Source of the DNA: a virus
DNA length: 64,000 nt
IMG/VR virus record: IMGVR_UViG_3300009149_000001
Span: 10,199 to 74,198 of that record
Direction: 5' to 3' (one strand)
The translations under genes were made by a program, and so were the position numbers. A model generated the notes under the pieces. The model did no database searches. It saw only the letters and a list, made by a program, of their open reading frames with translations, and was not told the DNA's origin. Shown here in pieces: positions 10,598 to 21,141 of this stretch (position 1 is the stretch's first letter; every line of letters begins with the position of its first letter).

Positions 10598-11959
10598 TCA
10601 TAATTTTTGTATATATGATACTGTTAGACTTACAGGGTCATTTGTTGTACTCCCGTGATCATGGCTACCTCCTGTTCCCGTTGTATATGATGCTGAAGCA
10701 CTGGGTGTTGGTGAAGTTAATGCGTGACTGTGTGGTCTCCATGAGCCACCACCTCCACTAGAACCATTTCCACCTGAACCACCAGCAGCAGTACTACCAG
10801 AAGTTGTATGGGTGTGACTACTAGACCCCGTATGTGTGTGAGTTGTAGCTGTATGTGTGTGAGTTGCAGCACCACCTTGTGTGCCTGGGTTTGTACAAGC
10901 ATTAGGTATTGTTCTGATATATCTATCCAATAGATTAGGAGTATTACAATTTCCATCGGCAATTCTAAATCCTGCCGGAACAGAAGAATTAACACCTGTC
11001 CATAAACCAATTAACCCTGGTGAGACTCCAGGATTATGCAAACTAACACTGGTTTTTTTAATAACAGCTAACTCGTGATATTGTGGTAAATTGCAAGAAT
11101 TAGCATGTTGATGTGCACCAGTACTACATGTTAATCCGCCAATAGTGGTACCGCTAACAGCACCAGACCCAGCTCCGTGTGCGTGACCACCGGTGATAGG
11201 CATTGTGGCAGGATTATATCTCCACACACTAGTATTTGATGCGGGTCCAAAACATCCCACACTATGAGAATGGGATGAACCTGTGGCAGTGTGAGTGTGA
11301 TTACCATTAGAACTGTGTTGATGTGTAGCAGCCCCACCGGTAACTTGAGGATTAGTGCATGCATCTGGAACTCCTTTAATAATTTCATTGGATATATAAT
11401 TTGAATTAAGAGAATAAGTAATTGGTATAGCAGAGATGGCTAAATTAGTATAAGCACTAACACCTGTTGGGATATGATTCAATCTCATACTAATTGTAGT
11501 GCTGTTCTTTATGATATGTCTAATTGTAATATTAGATGGTTCAATATTTTGTGTATCGTGAGTGTGTGCACCAGTACTACATGCTGTACTTACTGTGAAT
11601 GTAGTTGATCCAGAAGTTTGATTGTGGGTATGGGCTGTACTCGAAAAGCCACTGAGCCCTGGACAACCTGTAAATGCCCCAGCGGGAGTACTTGATCCAC
11701 CAGTATTAATGGTGTGAGTATGTCCTGGTGTAGGAGATCCAGCAGCGTGAGTATGACCAGCTACTGCAGTAGGTTCACAGTGGGTATTTGCACCAAGACT
11801 AGTACCTGGATTAGTACATAAGTTGGGAATATTTTTTGGATATTTAGCAAACAGACTACTTTCGTCTATAAATTCTCCTGGTAAATCTCCTGCGTTACCA
11901 TCATGTAATAATACTAAAGATGAAGGTACACGAGCTTGTCTAAAACTTCGAGATACTAA
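10598..11959 (-). CDS. His-rich (HxH) tail fibre with three collar-type repeats; frame extends 157 codons upstream of ATG 11488
   Basis: Three repeats of P..CTNP...G..TH followed by HxH runs. The first repeat lies upstream of the first ATG, in the same open frame. Confidence 0.75.
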   Translation of the reverse strand, partial: LVSRSFRQARVPSSLVLLHDGNAGDLPGEFIDESSLFAKYPKNIPNLCTNPGTSLGANTHCEPTAVAGHTHAAGSPTPGHTHTINTGGSSTPAGAFTGCPGLSGFSSTAHTHNQTSGSTTFTVSTACSTGAHTHDTQNIEPSNITIRHIIKNSTTISMRLNHIPTGVSAYTNLAISAIPITYSLNSNYISNEIIKGVPDACTNPQVTGGAATHQHSSNGNHTHTATGSSHSHSVGCFGPASNTSVWRYNPATMPITGGHAHGAGSGAVSGTTIGGLTCSTGAHQHANSCNLPQYHELAVIKKTSVSLHNPGVSPGLIGLWTGVNSSVPAGFRIADGNCNTPNLLDRYIRTIPNACTNPGTQGGAATHTHTATTHTHTGSSSHTHTTSGSTAAGGSGGNGSSGGGGSWRPHSHALTSPTPSASASYTTGTGGSHDHGSTTNDPVSLTVSYIQKL

Positions 11960-12321
11960 TTACAGTCACCACACAAAATAATTACATCATCTTCTATCTT
12001 GGTAACATATGACAGTCTTCCTTTGAGAATACTATTGTAACCAACAATTCTTGGTTTTGTTGTTCTTGAAATTTTATGGGTAGGTTGATCTAGAGTATGA
12101 CCAAAGGCTTGATCACCTGTAGTGCCTATAAAATTACATTTATCACATTTGTATGCAGATACATCTTGTTTAATTTCTTGTTTAACTACTTTAGTTTCAA
12201 ATTTCTTTTTACATTTTTGACATGCTTTAGGTACTACACCACCGCCTATTTGTAAGACATTACCAACTTCGTCTTCCTGTGCATTACCCGATTTAATAAA
12301 TTTCCACTTCATATTCCCCAT
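11956..12321 (-). CDS. Zinc-finger protein
   Basis: CQKC, CDKC...H.....H, CGDC. Confidence 0.6.
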   Translation of the reverse strand: MGNMKWKFIKSGNAQEDEVGNVLQIGGGVVPKACQKCKKKFETKVVKQEIKQDVSAYKCDKCNFIGTTGDQAFGHTLDQPTHKISRTTKPRIVGYNSILKGRLSYVTKIEDDVIILCGDCN

Positions 12322-12863
12322 ACCTCCAACTGTTGCATGGTCGCGGTACCAGAAGTTGTATTTTCTAAAAAGAATTCTATTGTATGAACTGCATTATTAG
12401 ACCATCCTGTTGCATCAATGGTACCTGTTACTTTTACATATGATGTTGAAGCTGTAGATAAATCCAAGTCACCTGAACCTGTAAGATCATGCCCTACACG
12501 GAGGTGTGCTGTGTTTGCTGAAGCCTTTAGCATGGCAACAATTGTAATTGTATTACCTGTATATCCTTCGGCGCTTTTAATAAAATCAATATCTTTAACT
12601 TGAACCGGTGAAGTTGTAGTTCCTGTAACTATTGTAGAATCAGCCCCAATTAATACATTAAGATTTCCTCTCGTATCTGTAGCTCCACCTCCAATTTGAA
12701 CTTGGAGAAATCCAACTGTGCTATTATATGTAATATCGCCAACCTCATTATCTACAGCTGATATTCCTGCAATTTCAGCCTCGGTACCTTTTCTAATTCC
12801 CTTGTTGTTTGCAGATCTTTCTGTAATAGTATCACCGTCAGTCCATTTAAGCAAAGCCATCAT
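12309..12863 (-). CDS. Minor tail protein; C-terminal beta domain shared with 32420..35263
   Basis: GADST..T..TT....VK.IDFIK...TGTID...HT.E.F aligns with the fibre C-terminus. Confidence 0.65.
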   Translation of the reverse strand: MMALLKWTDGDTITERSANNKGIRKGTEAEIAGISAVDNEVGDITYNSTVGFLQVQIGGGATDTRGNLNVLIGADSTIVTGTTTSPVQVKDIDFIKSAEGYTGNTITIVAMLKASANTAHLRVGHDLTGSGDLDLSTASTSYVKVTGTIDATGWSNNAVHTIEFFLENTTSGTATMQQLEVWGI

Positions 12864-13120
12864 ACTTCTACCTCAAATGTTTGACCAGTCATACTCTTGT
12901 TTATTTCTTTCTCTGCGTTTTGAACTAACGGGACAGCCTCATCCTTAAATATTGCAATTATCATATCAATTGTAGTATTTAATTCAAATTGTTGTTGATA
13001 TATACGAGGAGTCTTTAGAAGCCCATTAACAATATCATTATCAGTTGTCCATTTAATTGCAACCCTACGACCTTTTTTATTAATAACGTCTGATTTAAGA
13101 TCTGATAGTATTTTAGTCAT
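12860..13120 (-). CDS. Hypothetical tail-module protein
   Basis: ORF coupled by overlaps on both sides. Confidence 0.5.
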   Translation of the reverse strand: MTKILSDLKSDVINKKGRRVAIKWTTDNDIVNGLLKTPRIYQQQFELNTTIDMIIAIFKDEAVPLVQNAEKEINKSMTGQTFEVEV

Positions 13121-13422
13121 TGTGTTATTTCCTCTAATATTTCAATTTCTTTTGAAGTTGTAAAATCCGAAAAGGACCGTTTTTTTGCATTTCCAAGCCA
13201 ATCTTTTAATATAGGCTCAGGATGCTTTTTTGCTTCATCTAAGATATTATATAGTTCAATATAATGTTTAATTAAATTATAGGGCGTCCAGCCATTAGGA
13301 ATATTAATAACATTGATCATTTTATTATGTTTTAGACAATCTTCAATATGAATCATCTGATCTATAATAGATCGTTGACGCATAAGTATATAATCTAGCC
13401 TATTAAGATGTTCCAATTTCAC
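13117..13422 (-). CDS. Hypothetical protein
   Basis: ORF within the operon. Confidence 0.5.
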   Translation of the reverse strand: MKLEHLNRLDYILMRQRSIIDQMIHIEDCLKHNKMINVINIPNGWTPYNLIKHYIELYNILDEAKKHPEPILKDWLGNAKKRSFSDFTTSKEIEILEEITQ

Positions 13423-14035
13423 TAAGTCCTATGCGTGCAGTTCCTATAAGAAATGGAGATGCTAAGATGGAAACCTTAAGCAATTCACCAAAAGCCCCAC
13501 CATCATCAACGGTTTCACCAGGTAGTGCAGTAGCATCATGATTAATTAATAAGTTAAATGTAATAGTTTGTGAAGCTCCTTGTTCTGTTTTTCTCTTTAA
13601 CCAGAAAGGTACACCTTCTCCCTGTCTTAACATTCCTATTGGAATTCTAACTGTATCCCATGCACCATCATCAGCATTCTCTTCACCAAAAAATGTTACA
13701 CCCGTTGGAGTTACATCTTCAGTTGCAATAGTGGGTGCAATACCAGTAGTTCGACCATCACCTTTACCACTAGGATCAAGTCCAATTGATACTTGAGATA
13801 GCGCTGGATTAGTTGATAATTCTAAAGTAACACCTGTATATGTTGTTGCATCTGGATTATAAATATAAGCAGCCCTATATTCTGTTTTACCAACGAGACC
13901 TTCTGATCTTGAAACATCATCAAATAAATTTTGTGAAGTATTATCAATAACAAGAGTATCTGATCTTTGTCCACCTAATGAACCTTTAGGAGCTGAATTA
14001 AGTTGTCCACCTGCTAAACTAATTCCTATAGTCAA
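13403..14035 (-). CDS. Virion structural (tail) protein
   Basis: SLGG..S...NLFDDVS..E...G.TEYR..YI.N pattern seen in phage tail proteins. Confidence 0.65.
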   Translation of the reverse strand: MTIGISLAGGQLNSAPKGSLGGQRSDTLVIDNTSQNLFDDVSRSEGLVGKTEYRAAYIYNPDATTYTGVTLELSTNPALSQVSIGLDPSGKGDGRTTGIAPTIATEDVTPTGVTFFGEENADDGAWDTVRIPIGMLRQGEGVPFWLKRKTEQGASQTITFNLLINHDATALPGETVDDGGAFGELLKVSILASPFLIGTARIGLSEIGTS

Positions 14036-14133
14036 TGTTGTTCACACCTACCACATATATCACGATTTAAGTTAATAACTCTAACACATCCACAATCACA
14101 TGGGCAAACTTTGGGAAGAGGATAATCGCTCAT
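14032..14133 (-). CDS. 33-aa Cys-rich microprotein
   Basis: MSDYPLPKVCPCDCGCVRVINLNRDICGRCEQH; ATGA and TTGA overlaps fill the gap exactly. Confidence 0.65.
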   Translation of the reverse strand: MSDYPLPKVCPCDCGCVRVINLNRDICGRCEQH

Positions 14134-15743
14134 CTTTTTCTCCTCAAAGCCATACGTTGATTGAATGCAAATATACCTTCATTGGCACGATACTTTACAT
14201 AAGTATCATCATCCCCGACTGCTAGTATTGTTAAAATTCCCCCAACATTTGTATTAGTTGCACCTGATATTACACCAACACACACGACAGCTAGATTAGT
14301 AAAAGACCAAGTGATATTATCTAAAACAGTAGAACTAGTAGCTGTAATCACACTACCAATTGGTCTTTCAACAAAGCCTATGTAACCTAGTGTATCATTT
14401 GCAGTTAAAGTATCATACCAAGCCATCCAATTATCATCTAATAATAAAATTCCAGTATCTACATCTGAATCATTAGTAAATGTAAAAGGATTAACCGTTG
14501 GAGATAGATTGAGTGGATTTCCCCTATTGGTGTCATCAGTTTTAAGTTGATTAAAATCTTGTATCTGGGTTGCTGTAGTTCCTGTAGATAAAGCAACTCT
14601 TTCTTTAACTGTATTAATTCTAAATTCTTTTGATGTTGCAGCAACTCGAACATATGGTGTACCTCGTCTAATATTAATTTCATGTTCTAATATACCATAC
14701 TTTACATTCATTACAACTTGAGAATTATTAAATCTGGTAAATATTATATCGTGTAATGTTGTTGCAAGATCACCTTGAGTTGATTTTGGAATAACCTCCC
14801 CAGTTAAGGCCCAAGCTGTTCCACTCCAACCCCACACTTGCATACCAGGAGTTGTAGGTCTAAACCATAATCTAATAATACCGTTTTCAACTATTCTATC
14901 ACCTGTAAATTCATGATCAGATGAATAGACTTCTTCCCAATTAGTTTCATCTATATCAGATGTTATTATAGTATCAAAGACTTGAACACGACCAATTAAT
15001 CTGGTTGATAAAGCGACATCATAAGTTAAGAATATCTTAGGATAAAAGATCCATATAAAATCAGACTTTACGGTCTTAGTAGTTGTTTGATCTGTTACTA
15101 ATTGTAAGAATACTTTACACTCAGCAATGTTTGCCAAGAGAGATCCTATATAAACCCGTGTCTTGGCTCCCGAAGCGGATTTATCTTTTAAATAGAATTT
15201 AGTAATACCTTCGTCAAGGAAGTCAAGTTCAAAATTGATCTCCGTTGACGCAGATGACATTGCTGTTGTAGATAATACAGTAGCAACGCCCCCCACTATT
15301 TCTCGAAAAATGACTTGTGGATTAGCTGCTCCGATTTCGAAATCAATTTGCAAAGCGTCTAGAGTTGCTAGATCTTGGAATTCATATCTTACCTTTTCAT
15401 CTCCTGATGCAAGTGTTGCATCTTGTAATTCCATATGACCTACAATTTTAAGGCCCGGATAAAAGTACATGAAAGGGTTAAAGGTTGAGGTCTTTGTTAC
15501 TTCAAATGTGTCATTACTAAAGGCAGCTATTTCTAATTTACCTGCTGTTACATTGGCTGAATCTCCTCCAATATCACCTGTACTATTAGAGGCCATCTCA
15601 GCACCAATTGCCGCATTATAATGTGAACCTATTAAAAAGTTAATGATTGGCACACTACCATCTTTAGTTAATCTATTAAATGATTTTGAAAGTGGTGAAA
15701 ATGTACCAGCCCCACTAGGGGGAGAGAGAGAGATATGTGCCAT
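14130..15743 (-). CDS. Minor tail protein
   Basis: 537-aa beta-rich ORF downstream of the tape measure gene. Confidence 0.55.
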   Translation of the reverse strand: MAHISLSPPSGAGTFSPLSKSFNRLTKDGSVPIINFLIGSHYNAAIGAEMASNSTGDIGGDSANVTAGKLEIAAFSNDTFEVTKTSTFNPFMYFYPGLKIVGHMELQDATLASGDEKVRYEFQDLATLDALQIDFEIGAANPQVIFREIVGGVATVLSTTAMSSASTEINFELDFLDEGITKFYLKDKSASGAKTRVYIGSLLANIAECKVFLQLVTDQTTTKTVKSDFIWIFYPKIFLTYDVALSTRLIGRVQVFDTIITSDIDETNWEEVYSSDHEFTGDRIVENGIIRLWFRPTTPGMQVWGWSGTAWALTGEVIPKSTQGDLATTLHDIIFTRFNNSQVVMNVKYGILEHEINIRRGTPYVRVAATSKEFRINTVKERVALSTGTTATQIQDFNQLKTDDTNRGNPLNLSPTVNPFTFTNDSDVDTGILLLDDNWMAWYDTLTANDTLGYIGFVERPIGSVITATSSTVLDNITWSFTNLAVVCVGVISGATNTNVGGILTILAVGDDDTYVKYRANEGIFAFNQRMALRRKR

Positions 15744-16288
15744 TATATACTGAAAATCTTCTCCAATACATTAATAAAACTATCAAAGTCAAATGAATCA
15801 TTGGTACCGTCTGGTATGTCTGTGCCTATACCATCTTCATCAGATGTTGGATCTACTACATCAGAATCAGATATAGCACCTTGATCACCAAATTGTACAA
15901 ATGTTATAGTGTAACTGTGAACTGGTCCTACCCCACCAACAAAACCTGAATCGGTCACTGACTGGGCAGCTACAGCTCCAATCTCGGATTTATTAACTGC
16001 ATATCGTCCGTTATAGAAAGCAAAGTTTGGTTCAGCTACCTCATCAACTGTAATCTGAATAGATGGTTCATCAGCGTTCTTTGTTAGCTCCCATAGAGCA
16101 AATGCTTTAAAAGATGGCCAAATTAATCCTGTAATTTCAAGTTCATATAAATCAGGTCCAGTATCTGTTGGCATTGGAAAGTCAAACAGAATCTGTTTTG
16201 CCTCTTGTTTTCTCATAACACGTCTCTTAATGGATGATGGGGCAATTGGTAATGTTATAGGACCAAAAGACCAAGCACTATCGGGCAT
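15743..16288 (-). CDS. Distal tail/tube-initiator-like protein
   Basis: Directly follows the tape measure gene; G.ITLP.AP N-terminus. Confidence 0.5.
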   Translation of the reverse strand: MPDSAWSFGPITLPIAPSSIKRRVMRKQEAKQILFDFPMPTDTGPDLYELEITGLIWPSFKAFALWELTKNADEPSIQITVDEVAEPNFAFYNGRYAVNKSEIGAVAAQSVTDSGFVGGVGPVHSYTITFVQFGDQGAISDSDVVDPTSDEDGIGTDIPDGTNDSFDFDSFINVLEKIFSI

Positions 16289-16289
16289 T

Positions 16290-19200
16290 TTAGACTACTC
16301 CTGAGGCAAGCAATGTATCCTTATTACCTATTTCTTTATTTAACACCTCGGAGACAGCGGCGGCAATTTGAGCTGCGGTTTCCTCAGATGCTGAGCCTTC
16401 AATTGTAATATTGATGCCTCCCACGTTAACACTCTGGGTTGCTTGAGCATTAGCAAGTGCTGCTAAGTCAATCTTTTCACCAAGGGCTTGGGCTAATAAT
16501 TTATTAACAGTTTGTTGAAGATCACCTATTTCACCAAAGGATGTACTAGTACCTCTGCCTGATATTGAAAAATTACCTTTTCTAGATACCTCTAATGTGG
16601 CTAATCTACGTGCAGCTTCAGTTCCCTCTAATGCAAGTTTAGTCAAGGCTACTGAAACATTACTAGATGCCTCTTGAGAATCAATTATGAAATTAGTTAA
16701 TCGAGCAGTCTCTAATGTTAAGTTAGTAACTTCAGTTTGTTCCAGCTGTTGAGCTGCTGATAACATTTTAGTTCTTAAAGTGTTAAAGTCAACTTGAATA
16801 GTGTTTGCATCTGAAGCACCTTTCTGAATTTTAAAGCTAGTGTGCAAGTCAGTTGTTTTCTTTGTTAAAGCATCAGCTTGACCTAGATATTCATTTGACC
16901 ATTTTATAGTTCTGTCAACCCACACTCCTTTCAATTCTTCTAATCCTTTAACCATCTCATCAATTGTATCCCTTGGAATAATTTCACCTACTCCCTCACC
17001 ATTATCTGGTGCTGGTTGGAAGTTTGTACCATCAACATTAATGCCTGGTGATCCTTCTGGGAATCTAGATTCTATCTCAGGGGCTTCATTAGCTCCTCTT
17101 GCAAGTGCAGTGTTTTCAGAAGCTTGAGATGCACCTTTTAATACACCGGCAACAAGTTGTGCAATTCCTGGTGGTAGTATACTTGTAATAGCATCAATAA
17201 GAGTGTTTCCTAAGTTTTCTGTAACCGCAGTTATAAAGGCCTCTCTAATGGCATCACCAATTGCAGCACCTATAAGAGCTGCTTTAGTTACTATATTAGC
17301 ATTTTGACCTAATTCATCTAATGTTTTACCTGTTAATGCTGTTAAACCATCACCGCCAATAATTAATCCCAGAAATCCAGCTACTAATTCAGTGGCGATC
17401 TTTTCACCAACCTCCATAGCTTTTTCAAGATTACCTGTTACAACAGCTTCCCATAATTCACCCCAATCAGTTGCGGCAAATGCATCTTGCATATCTAAGA
17501 TCCAATTAGATGCTGCCTCACCTAAAGCTAATCCCATAGCAACACCTGCGGCTTCCATACTAGCTGCAAATGCTTGGAACACTACAAGCATTGCATCAAG
17601 TCCCTCTAGATCTTCATCTTCAATTTTCTGTATAACTTGATCCCATTTTTTACTAAATTCATCCATTGCACCAACAGAGTCTGCCCACATTATAACAAGG
17701 ATTGCTGCTACAGCTGCAAGGGCTACAATCAATCCAGGTATATTGCCAGCGATTCCAGCAATTGCAAGACCTAAGGCAAGCATACCACCTGAGACTGCAA
17801 TCTCAGCTGCTTGATCAGAATTATCAATCTCATCTGTGAATAGTACAAAGAGATTCTTTGCGGCAAACACAGCTATAACAATTCCTGCTATAACGGCAAT
17901 AATAGTTAGTAATGTAAATCTTAATCCTTTAGCTGCAACTTGTGTTCCAACCATAGCTCCAGTTGCACCACTGTTACCAGCACCTAGTACTAGGGTTAAT
18001 TTAAGAAGCAATGATGTAAATGCTGCAACTACTTTACCAACGGATGCAATGATTAAAGTGGCAACAAGTAATCCTATAAAGCCAATGAAGAGTTTAATAA
18101 GCCCTGCCATAACACTCTTGTGTTCTCTGAAAAAGTCAGCTAATTTTTTAACTTGTTTTGCTAAAGTCTTTACAATAGGTAATAACTCTTTGCCTAAAAC
18201 ATCACCCAATTCCAAGGCCATTTCTTGCAAGCCACCATCTCTAACTAGGGCTTGAACAGCTTCAGATACTCCTGCAATTGCTGGTGATAAGCCTTGTGTG
18301 AATATAGTCTTTAATGCATTTAATGAATTAGTCATCTTCTTCATATTGGCTTGGGCAGTGTTACCTAAGATGCCTTCAAGGGCCGATGAATCACCTGCTC
18401 TAGCTGCTGCTACAGCCATATCAATTTCTTCCTCAGTTACTTGTGTTAATTTTGCTAATGCATCAGCTGCTCGAATCTCAAGCCCCATCTGGTCTTCTAA
18501 GAATAATTTAAATGCATCAGATGAAGTACCAGCCTTATCTAAAGCTTTCTTAGTGTCTTTAAGGAAATCAATAAATGGTACTAAGTTACCATTATTATCA
18601 AGTAGTTTAATACCCATATCTTCCAAGACTGGGTTAAGTTTTAATGCATTATTTTTAAGTCCGAAGAACAACTGTCTGAGATTTCGACCTGCTGCACCTG
18701 CCCCTTGACCAAGTCTATTACCTAGGAGACCAAGCAATGCCCCTGTTTCTTCTACATCTAATCCAAAGTCTCGTGCTTGGGAGGATGCAAATCCAAAGGA
18801 TCTAGAAAGTTCATCCAGTGTAATTGCTGAGGACTGGTTGACATTGATCATTACAGATGTTACACGGGCTGCCTCAGATAGACTAAGTCCAAAGTTGTTC
18901 ATAGTCTTAATTAAGGTCTTTGCTGATTCAGCTGAATCAACTTGCTCAATTGTCATTAATCTAAGTACTTGTTTTGTAACACCTATTAATTTATTACTCT
19001 TTTCTAATTCTGTACCAGTAAGATCTGTTGCCTTACCAATCTCTCGCATGGCATCTGATACTTCAGTGATACTAAAGATAGTACCACCTGCACCCATATC
19101 AAATATAGCATCATTAAGATGTGATACAGCCATTGCTGACTCCTCTGTTTGACCTGAAAAGTCAATACCAGATTGTGCAATAGCCCTGGTCATTGAATCT

Positions 19201-19496
19201 AATGAGTCAGCACCTTCTCTAATTATTTCACCGAAAAATCTCTTAATACTACCTAATACTCTTTGGGCAATGCCCTCCAAGAATGTAAACTGGAATGCCA
19301 TGAAACCAACACGATCTGCTGATCTACTTAAAAATTTATTATTCTCTGCTAATGCTCCGTTCTGTTTACGGATGTTTTTCAACATAGAGCTAAAGCCCTT
19401 ATTGCCTATTACTGAAATTTTCTTTAGAGATTGCTCTACCTTGATGAGGTTATTGAGCCCCTTTAATGTTGCCCGTATATCTATATTGATTGCCAT
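16290..19496 (-). CDS. Tape measure protein
   Basis: 1068 aa; TP901-type core (FGL..EET.ALLG.L...G..AG.AG..LR), central hydrophobic helices, position after the chaperones. Confidence 0.92.
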   Translation of the reverse strand: MAINIDIRATLKGLNNLIKVEQSLKKISVIGNKGFSSMLKNIRKQNGALAENNKFLSRSADRVGFMAFQFTFLEGIAQRVLGSIKRFFGEIIREGADSLDSMTRAIAQSGIDFSGQTEESAMAVSHLNDAIFDMGAGGTIFSITEVSDAMREIGKATDLTGTELEKSNKLIGVTKQVLRLMTIEQVDSAESAKTLIKTMNNFGLSLSEAARVTSVMINVNQSSAITLDELSRSFGFASSQARDFGLDVEETGALLGLLGNRLGQGAGAAGRNLRQLFFGLKNNALKLNPVLEDMGIKLLDNNGNLVPFIDFLKDTKKALDKAGTSSDAFKLFLEDQMGLEIRAADALAKLTQVTEEEIDMAVAAARAGDSSALEGILGNTAQANMKKMTNSLNALKTIFTQGLSPAIAGVSEAVQALVRDGGLQEMALELGDVLGKELLPIVKTLAKQVKKLADFFREHKSVMAGLIKLFIGFIGLLVATLIIASVGKVVAAFTSLLLKLTLVLGAGNSGATGAMVGTQVAAKGLRFTLLTIIAVIAGIVIAVFAAKNLFVLFTDEIDNSDQAAEIAVSGGMLALGLAIAGIAGNIPGLIVALAAVAAILVIMWADSVGAMDEFSKKWDQVIQKIEDEDLEGLDAMLVVFQAFAASMEAAGVAMGLALGEAASNWILDMQDAFAATDWGELWEAVVTGNLEKAMEVGEKIATELVAGFLGLIIGGDGLTALTGKTLDELGQNANIVTKAALIGAAIGDAIREAFITAVTENLGNTLIDAITSILPPGIAQLVAGVLKGASQASENTALARGANEAPEIESRFPEGSPGINVDGTNFQPAPDNGEGVGEIIPRDTIDEMVKGLEELKGVWVDRTIKWSNEYLGQADALTKKTTDLHTSFKIQKGASDANTIQVDFNTLRTKMLSAAQQLEQTEVTNLTLETARLTNFIIDSQEASSNVSVALTKLALEGTEAARRLATLEVSRKGNFSISGRGTSTSFGEIGDLQQTVNKLLAQALGEKIDLAALANAQATQSVNVGGINITIEGSASEETAAQIAAAVSEVLNKEIGNKDTLLASGVV

Positions 19497-20142
19497 CAGT
19501 CTAGGTACTTGGGATTAGTTTTGTTTTTCATTCTATCTCTCCGTGGGTTGGCCTTCGCCTTGTTTGGTGGGTTCTTCATCTCATGCTCTTGTTTCTTACT
19601 TACTGCACTAATGATCGTCAAGGATAATAAAACTCCCTCTACATCGTCAAGTTCGTAACCGAGTAATTGATGCGGCATTGCTGATTGCACTGCCATGCAA
19701 AGTGAACCTATACTTTGACCGATTGTTGAGTCTGCAATTTTTTTCGGTTTGCGTCCCCAAGACTATCAAGACCTGTTATCTCGACAATTTTGTTAAAGAT
19801 TTCTACAACTGAATTGAATGGAATATCATCAACTGATAATTCATCCTCTCCTACTGCATCACCAATAACCACTGTTGGAGAAACTATACACTTTGGTATA
19901 ATTGCTTTCATCATTGGATATATTGATTTCTGTAGTTTGGCTGCTTGATCTTGGGACATATTTTCACCGTCTATTACATCTGACTCTGAAGGTAAGCCTT
20001 GGAATTTGTCAAAATTTTCTAATAAAAGAGTGAATGGAATGGGTTTTAAAACCCATTCGTACTCTTCATCAGAATCCTTTGTTACAAATTTAACTTGGTT
20101 TTTACCCTTAAGTTTTTGTAGTGTTGGATTCATATGTTTCAC
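19496..20142 (-). CDS. Tail assembly chaperone pair G (19708..20142) and GT, via -1 frameshift
   Basis: Slippery A AAA AAA at 19738-19744. The -1 frame is open into ORF 19496..19696. Lies between tail tube and tape measure. Confidence 0.8.
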
Positions 20143-20151
20143 CTATATTGT

Positions 20152-21126
20152 TTATCCCGTGAACTGAGCGTTGGTTTCTGCGTTTTCAACAACAATGATA
20201 ATTGGATCACCATTGGAGTCGTCTTCTGCAGTATAATCAACGGTCTGCACGTACCTTTCGATATTATCAGTAGGTAATTTATTGGTATCGAGTGAAATCT
20301 TTGGCAAGTTGGTATTAACGGCACGTGCTGCAATAGTTGCAGAGTGTGCGGCGTTCATCTCAAATTGCACTTCGGTTTCATCTATCCAATCAGTATAGCG
20401 TGTTGATGCATCATATAGTAAGTCAAATGATCCAGTTACTTCCAAGCCGGCTACTATGCCTGCTGAAAGGTATGCGGATCCTAGACAATATGCGTCATCA
20501 GCTACGTTGTTCTCGACTGAGATTGAAACTGATTCGAAACAATCTGTTCCGCCACCGTCAACTTGAGTCGTTACTTCAACTCCACCAAATGTTCTTTCCG
20601 TTGTTGAATATGCTGGAAAGAAGCTGGCTTCGCTATCTGTTTTTAAAGTACCTAAAGGAGAAAGTTCTCTTCTGAATATTACATCAAATGATGCACTAAA
20701 TACTTCAGAGGGAGAATAATCTAAGGTAAAGCCATTTACAATACCGCCCACATACTGATGTTCTTTTAAATCACGACCAATGGCTGCTCTAAAGAAAGGC
20801 AATGTTTTGCCTTTGGTTACAGTGTGTTGATTGTGTGCTGTAGTTGGGGTATCGGTAACTGTTGTAGCTGTACCTAGTCCATAATAAAGTAAGGATGTTG
20901 CTCCACTAGCGAACACTGGAGTATCGATTGGGCCTCCGAATTTCTTTGGTCCTTGAATACGATTTCTCTTGGTTCTACCTGTGGAAGTCTGGGGATAAAT
21001 ATATTGATGATCGCCTGTGATGTCTTCACCTGATACATCGAGCTTATGGTCATTAACCCCAAAAGCGCCGAATGATTCACTAGTAAAGTCGGCTTTTGTT
21101 TCAAATTGGAAATATCTATCTACCAT
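20152..21126 (-). CDS. Tail tube (major tail) protein
   Basis: 324 aa, beta-rich, LYYGLG, ENN...LG...G..EVTGSF; canonical position; no sheath gene seen. Confidence 0.8.
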   Translation of the reverse strand: MVDRYFQFETKADFTSESFGAFGVNDHKLDVSGEDITGDHQYIYPQTSTGRTKRNRIQGPKKFGGPIDTPVFASGATSLLYYGLGTATTVTDTPTTAHNQHTVTKGKTLPFFRAAIGRDLKEHQYVGGIVNGFTLDYSPSEVFSASFDVIFRRELSPLGTLKTDSEASFFPAYSTTERTFGGVEVTTQVDGGGTDCFESVSISVENNVADDAYCLGSAYLSAGIVAGLEVTGSFDLLYDASTRYTDWIDETEVQFEMNAAHSATIAARAVNTNLPKISLDTNKLPTDNIERYVQTVDYTAEDDSNGDPIIIVVENAETNAQFTG

Positions 21127-21141
21127 TTTTTTGTTACACCT

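Noticed and set aside
10598-11959. Diversity-generating retroelement acting on the fibre
   Set aside because: No reverse transcriptase and no adenine-variant TR/VR pair seen.
11930-11970. TAG readthrough or stop-codon reassignment explaining the fibre extension
   Set aside because: TAG terminates many well-defined genes here, and the extension lies in a different frame from the upstream TAG.
17392-19518. Plus-strand ORFs opposite the tape measure gene (likewise 32478..34349 and 22722..23525)
   Set aside because: Antisense shadows of Ala/Thr-rich genes, with no motifs or promoters.
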